A program made the translations under genes and the position numbers. Below are positions 39,453 through 48,826 of a DNA stretch of 64,000 nucleotides, in pieces; position 1 is the first letter of the stretch, and each line of letters begins with the position of its first letter. Origin of the DNA: an uncultured Candidatus Binatia bacterium. GTDB lineage: Bacteria > Desulfobacterota > Binatia > UBA9968 > JAJDTQ01. Location: the NCBI GenBank assembly GCA_964291295.2, contig OZ219754.1:1376001-1440000 (forward strand). The letters run 5' to 3'. Below the pieces are notes generated by a model. The model saw only the letters and a program-made list of their open reading frames with translations, made no database searches and was not told the origin of the DNA.

Positions 39453-40618
39453 TGCGGCCGGACGCTCTTGACGAGACCTGTCGCCGCGGGGTGGCGGCGG
39501 GAGCCTTTCCGGGCGCCGTGGTGCTGGCAGGCAACGGCGGGGACATCCTTGTCCATCGCGCCTTCGGGAGCCGCGCCCTGGTGCCCGAGCGCCTTCCCAT
39601 GACGCCCGACACCGTGTTCGACCTCGCTTCCCTCACCAAGCCTCTGGCCACCGCCACGGCCATGATGCTGCTGGTACGGGACGGCCGTGTGCGGCTGGAC
39701 GACGCGGTGTGCACGGTCATTCCCGAGTTCCGCGCCGGGGCCAGGACGGCGGTGACGTTCCGCCAGCTTCTGAACCATACTTCCGGCCTTCCGGCCTGGA
39801 AACCCTGTTACGAGACCGGCGCGGCCGCGAAAACCGGAATCCGGGGGCGGGGCGCCGCCGTCGTGCCTGCGCCGGAGAGCGCAGGGAAGCGGAGCGCCGC
39901 CGCGGCGGCGGGCAAGACCGGCTGCCTTCAACGGATCCACGACGAGGCGCTGCTGGCCCCGCCGGGTGCCGCGGCCCTTTACAGCGACCTGGGCTTCATC
40001 CTCCTGGGGGAGGCCGTCGAGAGGCTGAGCGGCACGCCGCTGGACCGGTTCTGCCGCAGCGAGATCTTCGCGCCCATGCGGCTCGCGTCGACGTTCTTCG
40101 TAGACCTGACCGGGTGCGCCGGCGTGCCGGCGGCGCCTCCCGCCGTCGCCGCCACCGAGCACTGCCCCCGGCGCGGGAAGGTCCTCTGCGGCGAGGTCCA
40201 CGACGACAACGCCCATTTCATGGGCGGCGTCGCGGGACATGCCGGGGTGTTTTCGTCGGCCCCGGACATTCATCGCTTCATCCGGTTCATGGGCCGCTGC
40301 CGCGCCGGCGCCGAGCCGGACTTCCTCCCCGCGGCGGTGGTGCGCCAGTTCCTGGAGGCGGAGCGGCCGCTGCCGGGACAGACCCATGTGCTGGGCTGGG
40401 ATACCCCTTCGCCGGAAGGTTCCGCCAGCGGCCGCTGCTTCTCCGCCCGCACCGTGGGCCACCTGGGTTTCACCGGCACCTCCATCTGGTGGGATCTGGA
40501 GCGGGACATCCACGTCGTGTTCCTCACCAACCGGGTGCACCCGTCGCGGGACAATCCGGCCATCCGGGAGTTCCGCCCGCTGGTGCACGACGCGGTCATG
40601 GAGGGCCTGTTGTCATGA
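39452..40618 (+). CDS. Serine hydrolase, beta-lactamase/PBP-like family
   Basis: FDLASLTK (SxxK), LLNHTSG, YSDLG, GEVHDDNA, GHLGFTGT, LTNRVHP. Confidence 0.9.
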
Positions 40619-42084
40619 GTGCGGAGCTGAGTCCCGGCGCGCACGTCCATTTCGTGGCCGTTTGCGGCGTCGGCACAGGCTCCCTGGCCGGGCTGCTGCG
40701 GCAGCGGGGCTATCGGGTCACCGGGTCGGACGAGAATGTCTACCCTCCCATGAGCACATTTCTGGCGGCTGCCGGCATCGACATGATGCCGGGCTTCAGC
40801 GAGGATCACCTGGGCGAGGGTCCGGACCTGGTGGTCATCGGCAATGCCGTCTCGCGGGGGAACCCCGAGGCGGAAGCGGTGCTGCGGCGCGGCATCCCCT
40901 ACCTGTCGCTGCCGCAGGCCCTCGGCCGGTTCCTCGTCGACGGCAGGCATGCGCTGGTGGTGGCCGGAACCCACGGCAAGACCACCACGAGCTCGTTGAT
41001 GGCGTGGGTGCTGGTGAGCGCCGGGCTGGAGCCGGGTTTCTTCATCGGCGGCATCCCGGTGAACTTCGGCAGCGGGTTCCGCTCCGGTGCGGGTTCCTGG
41101 GTGGTCATGGAGGGAGACGAATACGACAGCGCCTTCTTCGACAAGGGGCCGAAATTTCTCCACTACCAGCCGGAGCACGTCATCCTCACGAGCCTGGAGT
41201 TCGACCATGCCGACATCTATCGGGACCTGGACCATGTAAAGGACGCCTTCCGCCGCCTGGTGGAGATCATTCCATCCGGCGGCCGCCTGCTGGTGTGTGA
41301 CGAGGCCGCCGAGGCCGTGGAGCTGTCGGGCCGGGCGCCCTGTCCGGTGCGGTTCTACGGCCTGGGCGGGTCGGCCCACTGGCAGGCCCGCGATGTGCGT
41401 GCCGGGAACGCGGGGATGGCCTTCACCGCGTGCTACCGGGGTGCGGTGGAGTGTCCGCTGGAGGTTCCGCTGATGGGCCGCCACAACGTCCGGAACGCGC
41501 TTGCGGTCTATGCCGCGGCGAGGGAACTCGGGGTGAGCCCGGCCGCCATCCGTTCGGCCATGGCGACCTTCCGCGGGGTGCGGCGGCGCCAGGAGATCGT
41601 CGGCCAGGCGGCCGGTGTCCTGGTCATCGACGACTTCGCCCACCATCCCACCGCGGTGGCGGACACCATTGCGGCGGTTCGAGAGGCCTGGCCCTCGCGG
41701 CGGTTGTGGGCGCTTTTCGAGCCCCGCAGTCAGACCAGCCGGAGACGGGTCTTTCTGACACGGTTCGCCCGCGCCCTGGCCGGGGCCGACCGTGTTGTTC
41801 TCCCCGACCTCTACCATGGAGAGAAGATCCCCGAAGAGGAACGCCTCTCGCCCGCGGAACTGGTGGACCTTGTCAACCGCCAGCGGGGTGACCGGGCGGC
41901 CCGCCATCTGCCCGGAGTCGGGGATATCGCGGAGACCGTCGTCCGCGAGGTCGTGGAGCGGGACATCGTGCTGGTGATGTCCAACGGCAGTTTCGGCGGT
42001 CTGCCCGAAAAGATCGTGGCCGGACTCCGGCGGCGGGAAACCTCCGGCAGCGGAAAACTTGACTTGCCCGGGGCCGTTGACTAG
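40615..42084 (+). CDS. mpl: Murein peptide ligase (UDP-MurNAc:tripeptide ligase)
   Basis: VYPPMS, GTHGKTTT, EGDEYDSAFFDKGPKF, EFDHADIY, DDFAHHPTA, FEPRS, MSNGSFGG. Confidence 0.92.
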   Translation: MSAELSPGAHVHFVAVCGVGTGSLAGLLRQRGYRVTGSDENVYPPMSTFLAAAGIDMMPGFSEDHLGEGPDLVVIGNAVSRGNPEAEAVLRRGIPYLSLPQALGRFLVDGRHALVVAGTHGKTTTSSLMAWVLVSAGLEPGFFIGGIPVNFGSGFRSGAGSWVVMEGDEYDSAFFDKGPKFLHYQPEHVILTSLEFDHADIYRDLDHVKDAFRRLVEIIPSGGRLLVCDEAAEAVELSGRAPCPVRFYGLGGSAHWQARDVRAGNAGMAFTACYRGAVECPLEVPLMGRHNVRNALAVYAAARELGVSPAAIRSAMATFRGVRRRQEIVGQAAGVLVIDDFAHHPTAVADTIAAVREAWPSRRLWALFEPRSQTSRRRVFLTRFARALAGADRVVLPDLYHGEKIPEEERLSPAELVDLVNRQRGDRAARHLPGVGDIAETVVREVVERDIVLVMSNGSFGGLPEKIVAGLRRRETSGSGKLDLPGAVD

Positions 42085-42094
42085 ACTCGGTGAT

Positions 42095-42436
42095 GTGGAA
42101 AGTGAAGAGAGCCTGCTTCGTCTGACCGACGCCGCCATCGCGCACATCAAGAAGATCCGCGAACGGGAGAAGCTCGCCGATCAGGGCCTGCGGGTGTCCG
42201 TGGCTCCCGGAGGATGCTCCGGCTACTCCTACAAGCTGGACTTCGACAACGGCCCCGGCCCGGAGGACGTGGTGCTCGAGATGGGGGGCCTGCAGGTATA
42301 CGTCGGGAAACCGATCCTGCAGCAACTTGAGGGGACGGTCATCGACTACGTGAGCGAGTTGCAGGGCGCCAGCTTTCGCTTCTCCAATCCCAATGCCACG
42401 GGCACCTGCGGGTGCGGCACTTCCTTTTCGGCGTAG
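42095..42436 (+). CDS. Fe-S cluster carrier, HesB/IscA/ErpA family
   Basis: GGCSGYSY...NPNATGTCGCGTSF; start uncertain. Confidence 0.93.
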   Translation: MESEESLLRLTDAAIAHIKKIREREKLADQGLRVSVAPGGCSGYSYKLDFDNGPGPEDVVLEMGGLQVYVGKPILQQLEGTVIDYVSELQGASFRFSNPNATGTCGCGTSFSA

Positions 42437-42488
42437 CGGCCCGCCGCGTCTCTTTTGACCAAGTCCACTCTTCGCCGAGGTCATCACC

Positions 42489-43538
42489 TTGAAAGCGGTC
42501 CGGATTCACGAGTACGGGGGGACGGACAAGCTCCGTTACGAGGATGCTCCCGATCCGGCCCTGCGGTCACCGGGGGACGTGATCGTGCGTCTGCGGGCGG
42601 CCTCCCTGAATCACATCGACCTGTGGAACCGCAAGGGGCTGACCGGCATGAAGGTGGAGTTTCCCCACATCCTGGGCGCCGACGGCGCGGGCGTGGTGGA
42701 AGAGGTGGGGAGCGAGGTGACCCAGTGCCGGCAGGGCGACGAGGTCTGCCTCTATCCGCCGGTAGGTTGCGGCGCCTGCGAGTTCTGCCGCACCTCCCGG
42801 GACTACATGTGCGTCCGGTTGCGCGTCCTGGGCGAGGGGATGCAGGGATCGTACGCCGAATACGTGGCCGTCCCCGGGGCCAACTGCTTTCCCATACCCC
42901 CGGGCTACGGGTTCGAGGCGGCGGCGGCGTTCCCGCTGGTATTCATTACGGTGTGGCGCATGCTGGTGACCAATGCCGGACTCGCCCCCGGGGAGAAAGT
43001 GCTGATCCTGGGCATTGGCGGCGGTGTGGCCATGGCGGCGCTGCAGATCGCCAAGGCCATGAACAGCTGGGTGGCGGTGACCTCGAGCAGCGACGAGAAG
43101 CTCGAAAAGGCTCGCGGCATGGGGGCCGATTTCGGTCTCAATTACACCCGGTGCGACTTTGCCCGGGAGATCCGCGAAGTGACCGCCAAACGGGGGGTGG
43201 ATGTCGTGGTAGACTGCGTGGGCGGCGAAAGCTGGGCCAGGAGTCTCGCGGCCCTGGTCAAGGGAGGACGGTTGGTAACCTGCGGCGCCACCACCGGGGC
43301 CACGCCGCCGACGGACATTCGGCGGATCTTCTGGAACCACCTCCGCATCTTCGGGTCCACTCTGGGCAGTCGCGAAGAGTTCGAGCAGGTGCTGCGGTTC
43401 GTCGAAGCGTCGGGGGTCAAGCCGGTGATCGACCGCACCTACCCGCTGGCCGAGGCGGCCGCGGCCCAGACAAGGCTTGAAACCGGGCAACAGTCGGGCA
43501 AGATCGTTCTGCTTCCAGGTCAGGAAAGATCTGGATGA
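42489..43538 (+). CDS. Zn-binding alcohol dehydrogenase / quinone oxidoreductase family protein
   Basis: MKAVRIHEYGG, ILGADGAG, CGACEFC...C structural Zn site, GIGGGV Rossmann motif, GKIVL. Confidence 0.9.
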   Translation: MKAVRIHEYGGTDKLRYEDAPDPALRSPGDVIVRLRAASLNHIDLWNRKGLTGMKVEFPHILGADGAGVVEEVGSEVTQCRQGDEVCLYPPVGCGACEFCRTSRDYMCVRLRVLGEGMQGSYAEYVAVPGANCFPIPPGYGFEAAAAFPLVFITVWRMLVTNAGLAPGEKVLILGIGGGVAMAALQIAKAMNSWVAVTSSSDEKLEKARGMGADFGLNYTRCDFAREIREVTAKRGVDVVVDCVGGESWARSLAALVKGGRLVTCGATTGATPPTDIRRIFWNHLRIFGSTLGSREEFEQVLRFVEASGVKPVIDRTYPLAEAAAAQTRLETGQQSGKIVLLPGQERSG

Positions 43539-43711
43539 CCCCGGGTTCGCCCGGGCTGAATCCATGGGATCAAGAGGTTGCGGGCAGTTCCCGGTGGCGC
43601 CGTCGCAGCTGTGGCGGCGCCACCGCCCTTGTCTGCGACACGCGGCCGCGATACATGGCCGCGATATATCCTCGTATATCTCGCCGCGCCATCGCCTTTT
43701 TCGACCCTTCC
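43524..43711 (+). mobile_element. Degenerate IS5-type MITE (second copy of the 55702-55800 family)
   Basis: Shares GACCCCGG..GGGCTGAATC..AGGTTG and CGCGCCAT.GCCTT.TTCG...TTCC with 55702-55800; supplies the stop codon of the upstream gene. Confidence 0.6.
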
Positions 43712-43794
43712 CTGGTGGTGATGGACCGGGCGGGAGAGGCCGCCGGCGCGCCTTGGGCGCGGGCAGGGAGACGAGGCCGGCGCAAGGCGGTCCC

Positions 43795-44385
43795 ATGCGC
43801 ATCATCGGCGGGGCAGCGAGGGGGAGAACCATCAGGGCGCCCAGGGGGGGCGCCATCCGCCCCACGGCCGACCGGGTCCGGGAGGCATTGTTCAACATTC
43901 TCCCCCTGGACTTGTCCGGCCGGCGGGTGCTGGATCTTTTTGCCGGCAGCGGGAGCCTGTCGCTGGAGGCCTTGAGCCGAGGGGCGGCAGCGGTGCTGTT
44001 GGTGGACGAATCGGCGGCCGCGGCCGACCTGATTCGGGGGAATCTGGAAACGCTCGGTTTCACGGACCGGGCGCGGGTTCTGGAGATGCCCGCGGGCAGG
44101 GCCCTGAGCCGATTGGCGGGCGAGGGCGCGGCCTATGACGCGATTTTTCTGGATCCTCCCTACGACGGTGGCTGGGTGAACCGGACAATGGCCCGGGTCT
44201 CTCAAGCGGGAATACTCCATGCGGGGGGCGTCGCCGTGGCGGAGCACAGCGTGCGGGAAAGAGTCGAAGAAAGATACGGCGCGCTGGCGCGCCGTGACCG
44301 GCGGCGTTACGGTGGCACGGTCTTGTCCTTCTTCGGACGCGAGAACCAGGATCGGGTTTTTTTCACATGGCGGAAATCAGCGTAG
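43795..44385 (+). CDS. rsmD: 16S rRNA m2G966 methyltransferase
   Basis: MRIIGG, RPTADRVREALFNIL, LDLFAGSG, FLDPPY; precedes coaD. Confidence 0.95.
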   Translation: MRIIGGAARGRTIRAPRGGAIRPTADRVREALFNILPLDLSGRRVLDLFAGSGSLSLEALSRGAAAVLLVDESAAAADLIRGNLETLGFTDRARVLEMPAGRALSRLAGEGAAYDAIFLDPPYDGGWVNRTMARVSQAGILHAGGVAVAEHSVRERVEERYGALARRDRRRYGGTVLSFFGRENQDRVFFTWRKSA

Positions 44386-44861
44386 CGGTCTATCCCGGCT
44401 CCTTCGACCCCATCACCAACGGCCACATCGACCTGGTGTCGCGAACCCTTCGGATCTTCGACCAGGTCATCATCGCCATCGCGCGCAACCAGGACAAGGG
44501 ACGCGCCCTCTTTTCGGTGGAAGAACGCATGGCCACCGTGCGAAAGGTCTTCGAGGGCGAGGACCGGGTGCGCGTGGACAGCTTCGAGGGTTTGCTCGTG
44601 GACTACGCCGAGTCGGTTTCGGCCAAGGTGGTCATCCGGGGCCTGCGGGCGGTCTCGGATTTCGAGTACGAGTTCCAGATGGCGACGATGAACCGGCGGA
44701 TCAAGCCGAACCTCGAGATCTTCTTCATGATGACCGGCGAGTCGTCCTTCTACATCAGTTCCCGTCTGGTCAAGGAGGTGTGCGAACTGGGCGGCGACGT
44801 GACCGCGTTCGTCCCCGAAGTCGTCATCGGACAGCTGCGCGAGAAGTTCCTCCTGCCGTAG
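44367..44861 (+). CDS. coaD: Phosphopantetheine adenylyltransferase
   Basis: YPGSFDPITNGH, RGLRAVSDFEYE, ISSRLVKE. Confidence 0.98.
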   Translation: MAEISVAVYPGSFDPITNGHIDLVSRTLRIFDQVIIAIARNQDKGRALFSVEERMATVRKVFEGEDRVRVDSFEGLLVDYAESVSAKVVIRGLRAVSDFEYEFQMATMNRRIKPNLEIFFMMTGESSFYISSRLVKEVCELGGDVTAFVPEVVIGQLREKFLLP

Positions 44862-44883
44862 GAGTCATCGCCCCGGTTACCGG

Positions 44884-44912
44884 TTGACACCGGCGTGCCG
44901 GCGGTATACAAC
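44884..44912 (+). promoter_or_regulatory. Putative sigma70 promoter of the tRNA gene
   Basis: TTGACA at 44884 followed by a TATACAAC -10 region at 44905-44912. Confidence 0.45.
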
Positions 44913-44917
44913 GGTCC

Positions 44918-44994
44918 TGCGGGGTGGAGCAGCCCGGTAGCTCGCAAGGCTCATAACCTTGAGGTCGGTGGTTCAAATCCACCCCCCGCAACCA
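44918..44994 (+). tRNA. tRNA-Met (CAT), initiator-like
   Basis: Folds by hand: TGCGGGG/CCCCGCA acceptor, GAGC/GCTC D stem, CAAGG-CTCATAA-CCTTG anticodon arm, GGTGG-TTCAAAT-CCACC T arm, encoded CCA; 77 nt. Confidence 0.96.
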
Positions 44995-45300
44995 CTTTCG
45001 TTACAACTCCGCAGAACAACGTCATAGGGTCCCGGATATGACAGTCATTCAGGCCGCCGCCCCGGCGGCCTTTGCTGTCGTGTGCTCAGCATGGGCGTTC
45101 TCGCACTTCAAGCCCCTCTTCCATGTACGGGCCGCCATCGGGCGCAAGGACCGGATGCCTCGCATCAGCCATCCACCGATCCGGGCCATCCGGTTTGGCG
45201 AAAAGACCACGTCGGCCGGCGTCCAACGCCATGTGATCGACAAGGTCGAATCCTCGATCTTCGATCCGGCCAGGACCATCGCGACTGCTTCCGCCATCGC

Positions 45301-45651
45301 AAGGAGACCGCCTTCCGGGCCGGCAGGCTGATGGGTCGATACCATCCGTGGACATGCGGCCAGGGGACAGAGCTTCGCTTTCGAGACGACCTTGAGCGGG
45401 CGCGCCCGTTCGATCCCGTGCTGGCGGGCGCAGGGGTATCGTGTCAGCCTGTTCTTCCTGCGGCTGCCGACGCCGGAAACGGCGCTCGCCCGCGTCCGGC
45501 GCGGAGGGCGGGCACGATGTGCCGGAGGCGCTCGTTCGCGGCCGGATGGTGCAACCTTGACCGGGTCTGTCGGGTGCTGGGCGACGAATGGGCCATCTAC
45601 GACAATGCCGGGCCAGCCCCGATACTGTTCGCGAAGGGAGGGAACGAATGA
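45301..45651 (+). pseudogene. Decayed zeta-toxin-like / predicted ABC-type (AAA) ATPase, C-terminal part
   Basis: Fragments across three frames: AFRAGRLM, SFAFETTLSGR, GYRVSLFFLRLPTPETALARV, GHDVPE, EWAIYDN; no P-loop N-terminus. Confidence 0.7.
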
Positions 45652-45776
45652 CGCCGACAAAGCGCGGGCGGGAGAAACCGGAGCGCCCCGCCCGCGATCC
45701 GGACATGGCCGGCGCCGATGCGGCCCGGCTGAGGGCAGCCATGGCCGCCCGCCGCCGGGTCGTGGACTTCGAATGA
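45648..45776 (+). CDS. Small hypothetical protein coupled to the ATPase remnant
   Basis: ATGA overlap, GGAGG upstream; RDPDMAGADAARLRAAMAARRR. Confidence 0.4.
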   Translation: MTPTKRGREKPERPARDPDMAGADAARLRAAMAARRRVVDFE

Positions 45777-46137
45777 GCGTCTATCGGAAATGTTGTCGTG
45801 AAAAAATCGAAGCGCCCACATGGACTCATTCGGCCGCAGCAACAGGGATGTGCGGCTCCAGCGCATCGCCCGGCGGGAACCTGGAAACCCGTATCATGGC
45901 CTCGCGCGATGCTGCGAGTGTAGAGATCGAAACCTCACCGGTCATGCGCGGAACGGTTCTGCCGCGGGTGCCGATGAGGGTTTCGGACGCGGTGGAGGAT
46001 GCCTTTTCTCATTCTACGCCGCGACGGTGGGGAAAGTTCTTGCTGGTCGTGTCCCAGCCGGAGGTGCAAGAACCTGGCACCCTTCGCGGCTCGCGGCGGG
46101 AAGGATCGGCTTGCTCGGGCCGCTCTTTTGCGTTTGC

Positions 46138-47223
46138 TCACGGCTGCTCGGCCAGAAGCACCAGGAGTGGATGGTTGATGTAGAGGTTCTCGCGCCCCGC
46201 CTTGACTTGTTCGAGGACGCCTTGGGCTGCGAGGGCTTTCAGGTAGACGGTGGCCGTCTGACGCTTGGCGATGTCCGCTGCAACCACGTCGCTGATCCGG
46301 CAGTAGGGATGCACAAAGATCAGTTCCGCCAACTCCCGGGAGTAGATTTTCGGCATTCTCTGTCGAATTGCGGCTCCCGTCTCGTCGAGAAGCCCTCGGA
46401 TCGCGCCGATTTTCGCCGTCGTCCATTCCGCCGTGGCTTTGACAGCCTCCAGAATGAAGAGTATCCATGGTTCCCAGTTCTGCCGGGTCGTCACCTCCAG
46501 CAGATACCGGTAGTAGAGCGCCTTGTTCCGGATGAGGTGCCGGCTGAGGTAGAGGACGGGAATGTCGAGCAGCCCCTTGTCGACGAGATAGAGCAGGTTC
46601 AGCACGCGTCCGGTCCGGCCGTTTCCGTCGGCGAACGGATGGATCGCCTCAAACTGATAATGCATGACGGCAAGGCGGATCAGCGGGTCGATCTCCTCGG
46701 TCTCGTGAATGTAGCGCTCCCAATTGGCGAGCTTGCTCCGGAGAACATCCTCTCCCTCCGGCGGCGTGTAGACGATCTGCCGGGTTGCATCGTTCACCAA
46801 CGCCGTCCCCGGCGTGTTGCGAACGTCGAGCGCCACTCCCTTGATCGTTCGACAGACTTCGACCGCGATCGCGGTGGAAACTGGCCGTTGGTTCAGCATT
46901 TCGAAACCGCGGTGCAATGCGGTGCGGTAGCGCAGAGCTTCCTTGGTGGCAGGATCGGCTCGCCCTGTCGCATCGTTGGCATAGCGGAACAGCCGGTCGG
47001 CCGTCGCGACGATGTTCTCGATCTCGGAACTCGCCTGCGCTTCAAGCAGGGGGATCGAGTTGATCAGCATCGCCTGGTTCGGGATGAAATTCCCGGAGAC
47101 ACGGAGCTCCGCCAGTGCCGCACGCGCGGCAATGCAACTCCGGAGAATGGCCCTGGTCTCGGTTTCCGAAGCCGGCGGCAGGTTGGGAAGGTCATTGAAG
47201 GGGCGACTGGGGTCGAACGCCAT
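46138..47223 (-). CDS. Fic family protein adenylyltransferase, class II (SoFic-like) with a likely C-terminal winged HTH
   Basis: HPFADGNGRTGR catalytic motif; N-terminal inhibitory SSEIEN motif; start MAFDPSRPFNDLP. Confidence 0.93.
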   Translation of the reverse strand: MAFDPSRPFNDLPNLPPASETETRAILRSCIAARAALAELRVSGNFIPNQAMLINSIPLLEAQASSEIENIVATADRLFRYANDATGRADPATKEALRYRTALHRGFEMLNQRPVSTAIAVEVCRTIKGVALDVRNTPGTALVNDATRQIVYTPPEGEDVLRSKLANWERYIHETEEIDPLIRLAVMHYQFEAIHPFADGNGRTGRVLNLLYLVDKGLLDIPVLYLSRHLIRNKALYYRYLLEVTTRQNWEPWILFILEAVKATAEWTTAKIGAIRGLLDETGAAIRQRMPKIYSRELAELIFVHPYCRISDVVAADIAKRQTATVYLKALAAQGVLEQVKAGRENLYINHPLLVLLAEQP

Positions 47224-47320
47224 GTCGATGTATCCTGCTCCCGTCGACACATGTTTCGAACATGTCGATCTTATCGACACCTCACTCCAACATGTCGATA
47301 CAGAGAGAATATATCGACAT
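47221..47320. promoter_or_regulatory. Operator-like array of six TGTCGA/TCGACA half-sites over the fic start and upstream region
   Basis: TGTCGA at 47223, 47263, 47293; TCGACA at 47244, 47274, 47314; dyad-symmetric about 47271. Confidence 0.65.
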
Positions 47321-47715
47321 TCGGGACGGTGGCAAGCAGATGGGCCGGTAATGTTGAGCGCTGTCAACAAGGCGTCCATCGCGTGCAGCCGATCCCCGAA
47401 CACCTGCCTGTCGTGCTGCTCGTCGCCCTTGCTCCTCATGACGGCATGATATGAAAAGAGAGGGTCTGGGGCCTGGCAAGGTTGGGCGGTGCCGGCAGGT
47501 GTGCGGCGGCAGTGCTGCCGGTACGCCGGAACCGATTGGCGGCCGCGAACCGCCCGTGGCCGATACCCGATGCGGTATCGGAGTTGCGCACCGTTGGACG
47601 AAGCCTCCATGCGGTGCCCCTCTTGGGGTCGTGGAGCACGAATACAGGATCCATTTCAGCTGTCTGAATGGTGAAGACAGGGGCTTTGTCGTTGATTCCT
47701 GGCCAAGTCAGTCCC

Positions 47716-47898
47716 ATGTCGGGCTTGCTCGGAGATGTGCGCAAGGAGGAGGGGGCGACGCCGGCGAAGAGAAGGATGACGCTCAACCTCACGGAAGCGG
47801 AGATGGCAGTCCTGGAGGCGCTGAGGGAGAAGAGGGAACTGCGCAAGACAGCGCTGCTGCGCAACGGCCTTTGGATGTATCAGGTGATGGAAGCTTGA
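47716..47898 (+). CDS. Small ribbon-helix-helix (CopG-like) protein, possibly truncated
   Basis: [19 protein letters not shown]...KTALLRNGL: alternating beta-strand followed by two helices. Confidence 0.5.
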   Translation: MSGLLGDVRKEEGATPAKRRMTLNLTEAEMAVLEALREKRELRKTALLRNGLWMYQVMEA

Positions 47899-47911
47899 CA
47901 GGTGCGCATGG

Positions 47912-48826
47912 ATGGACAAGCGCGTGTTGACCTTGAGTCACCTGGATCGTCTGGAGTCGGAGAGCATGCACATCCTTCGGGAGGTGGCGGCGGAGTTCCG
48001 CAATCCGGTGTTGCTGTACTCCATCGGCAAGGACTCGACCGTCGTGCTTCATCTGGCCCTCAAGGCGTTTGCGCCGGGCAAGCCGCCGTTCCCGCTGTTG
48101 CATGTGGACACCACCTGGAAGTTTCGGGAGATGATCCGGTTCCGCGACCAGACCGCCGCGCGTCTGGGACTCGACCTCATCGTCCACGTCAACGAGGAGG
48201 GGCTGGCCCGGGGTATCGGTCCGTGCAGCCATGGCTCCCGGTTGCACACCGATGTGATGAAGACGGAGGCGCTGAAGCAGGCCCTCGACCGGCACGGGTT
48301 CGATGCGGCCATCGGCGGGGCCAGGCGGGACGAGGAGCGGTCGCGCGCCAAGGAGCGGGTCTTTTCCTTTCGCAGCGACTCGCACCGCTGGGATCCGAAG
48401 AACCAGCGCCCGGAACTCTGGACACTCTACAATACGCGCATGGCGCCCGGAGAAAGCGTCCGCGTATTCCCGTTGTCCAACTGGACCGAACTCGACGTCT
48501 GGCACTACATCCACCGGGAGAAGATTCCGGTCGTTTCACTCTATTTCGCCGCCCGGCGGCCGGTGGTCAGACGCGGCGGCCTCCTGATCATGGTCGATGA
48601 CCACCGGCTGCCTCTCGGGCCCGGCGAGAAGGCGGCCGAGATGCGGGTCCGTTTCCGTACCCTGGGCTGTTACCCGCTTACCGGGGCCATCGAATCGAAT
48701 GCGTCCACGGTCCGGGAGATCGCCGCGGAGTTGATGCGCAGCCGCGGTTCGGAGCGCCAAGGCCGAGCCATCGACAACGACCAGATGGGTTCCATGGAGA
48801 GGAAAAAGCGGGAGGGCTATTTCTGA
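47912..48826 (+). CDS. cysD: Sulfate adenylyltransferase subunit 2
   Basis: [53 protein letters not shown]. Confidence 0.97.
   Translation: MDKRVLTLSHLDRLESESMHILREVAAEFRNPVLLYSIGKDSTVVLHLALKAFAPGKPPFPLLHVDTTWKFREMIRFRDQTAARLGLDLIVHVNEEGLARGIGPCSHGSRLHTDVMKTEALKQALDRHGFDAAIGGARRDEERSRAKERVFSFRSDSHRWDPKNQRPELWTLYNTRMAPGESVRVFPLSNWTELDVWHYIHREKIPVVSLYFAARRPVVRRGGLLIMVDDHRLPLGPGEKAAEMRVRFRTLGCYPLTGAIESNASTVREIAAELMRSRGSERQGRAIDNDQMGSMERKKREGYF

Noticed and set aside
45038-45331. 97-aa ORF right after the tRNA
   Set aside because: No recognisable motif, and it overlaps the ATPase remnant; cannot be supported as a gene
45820-47454. 544-aa plus-strand ORF
   Set aside because: Antisense to the Fic gene, which has a complete catalytic motif
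47330-47700. Possible integrase or other gene remnant upstream of fic
   Set aside because: A short protein-like stretch is present, but no recombinase motif could be recognised
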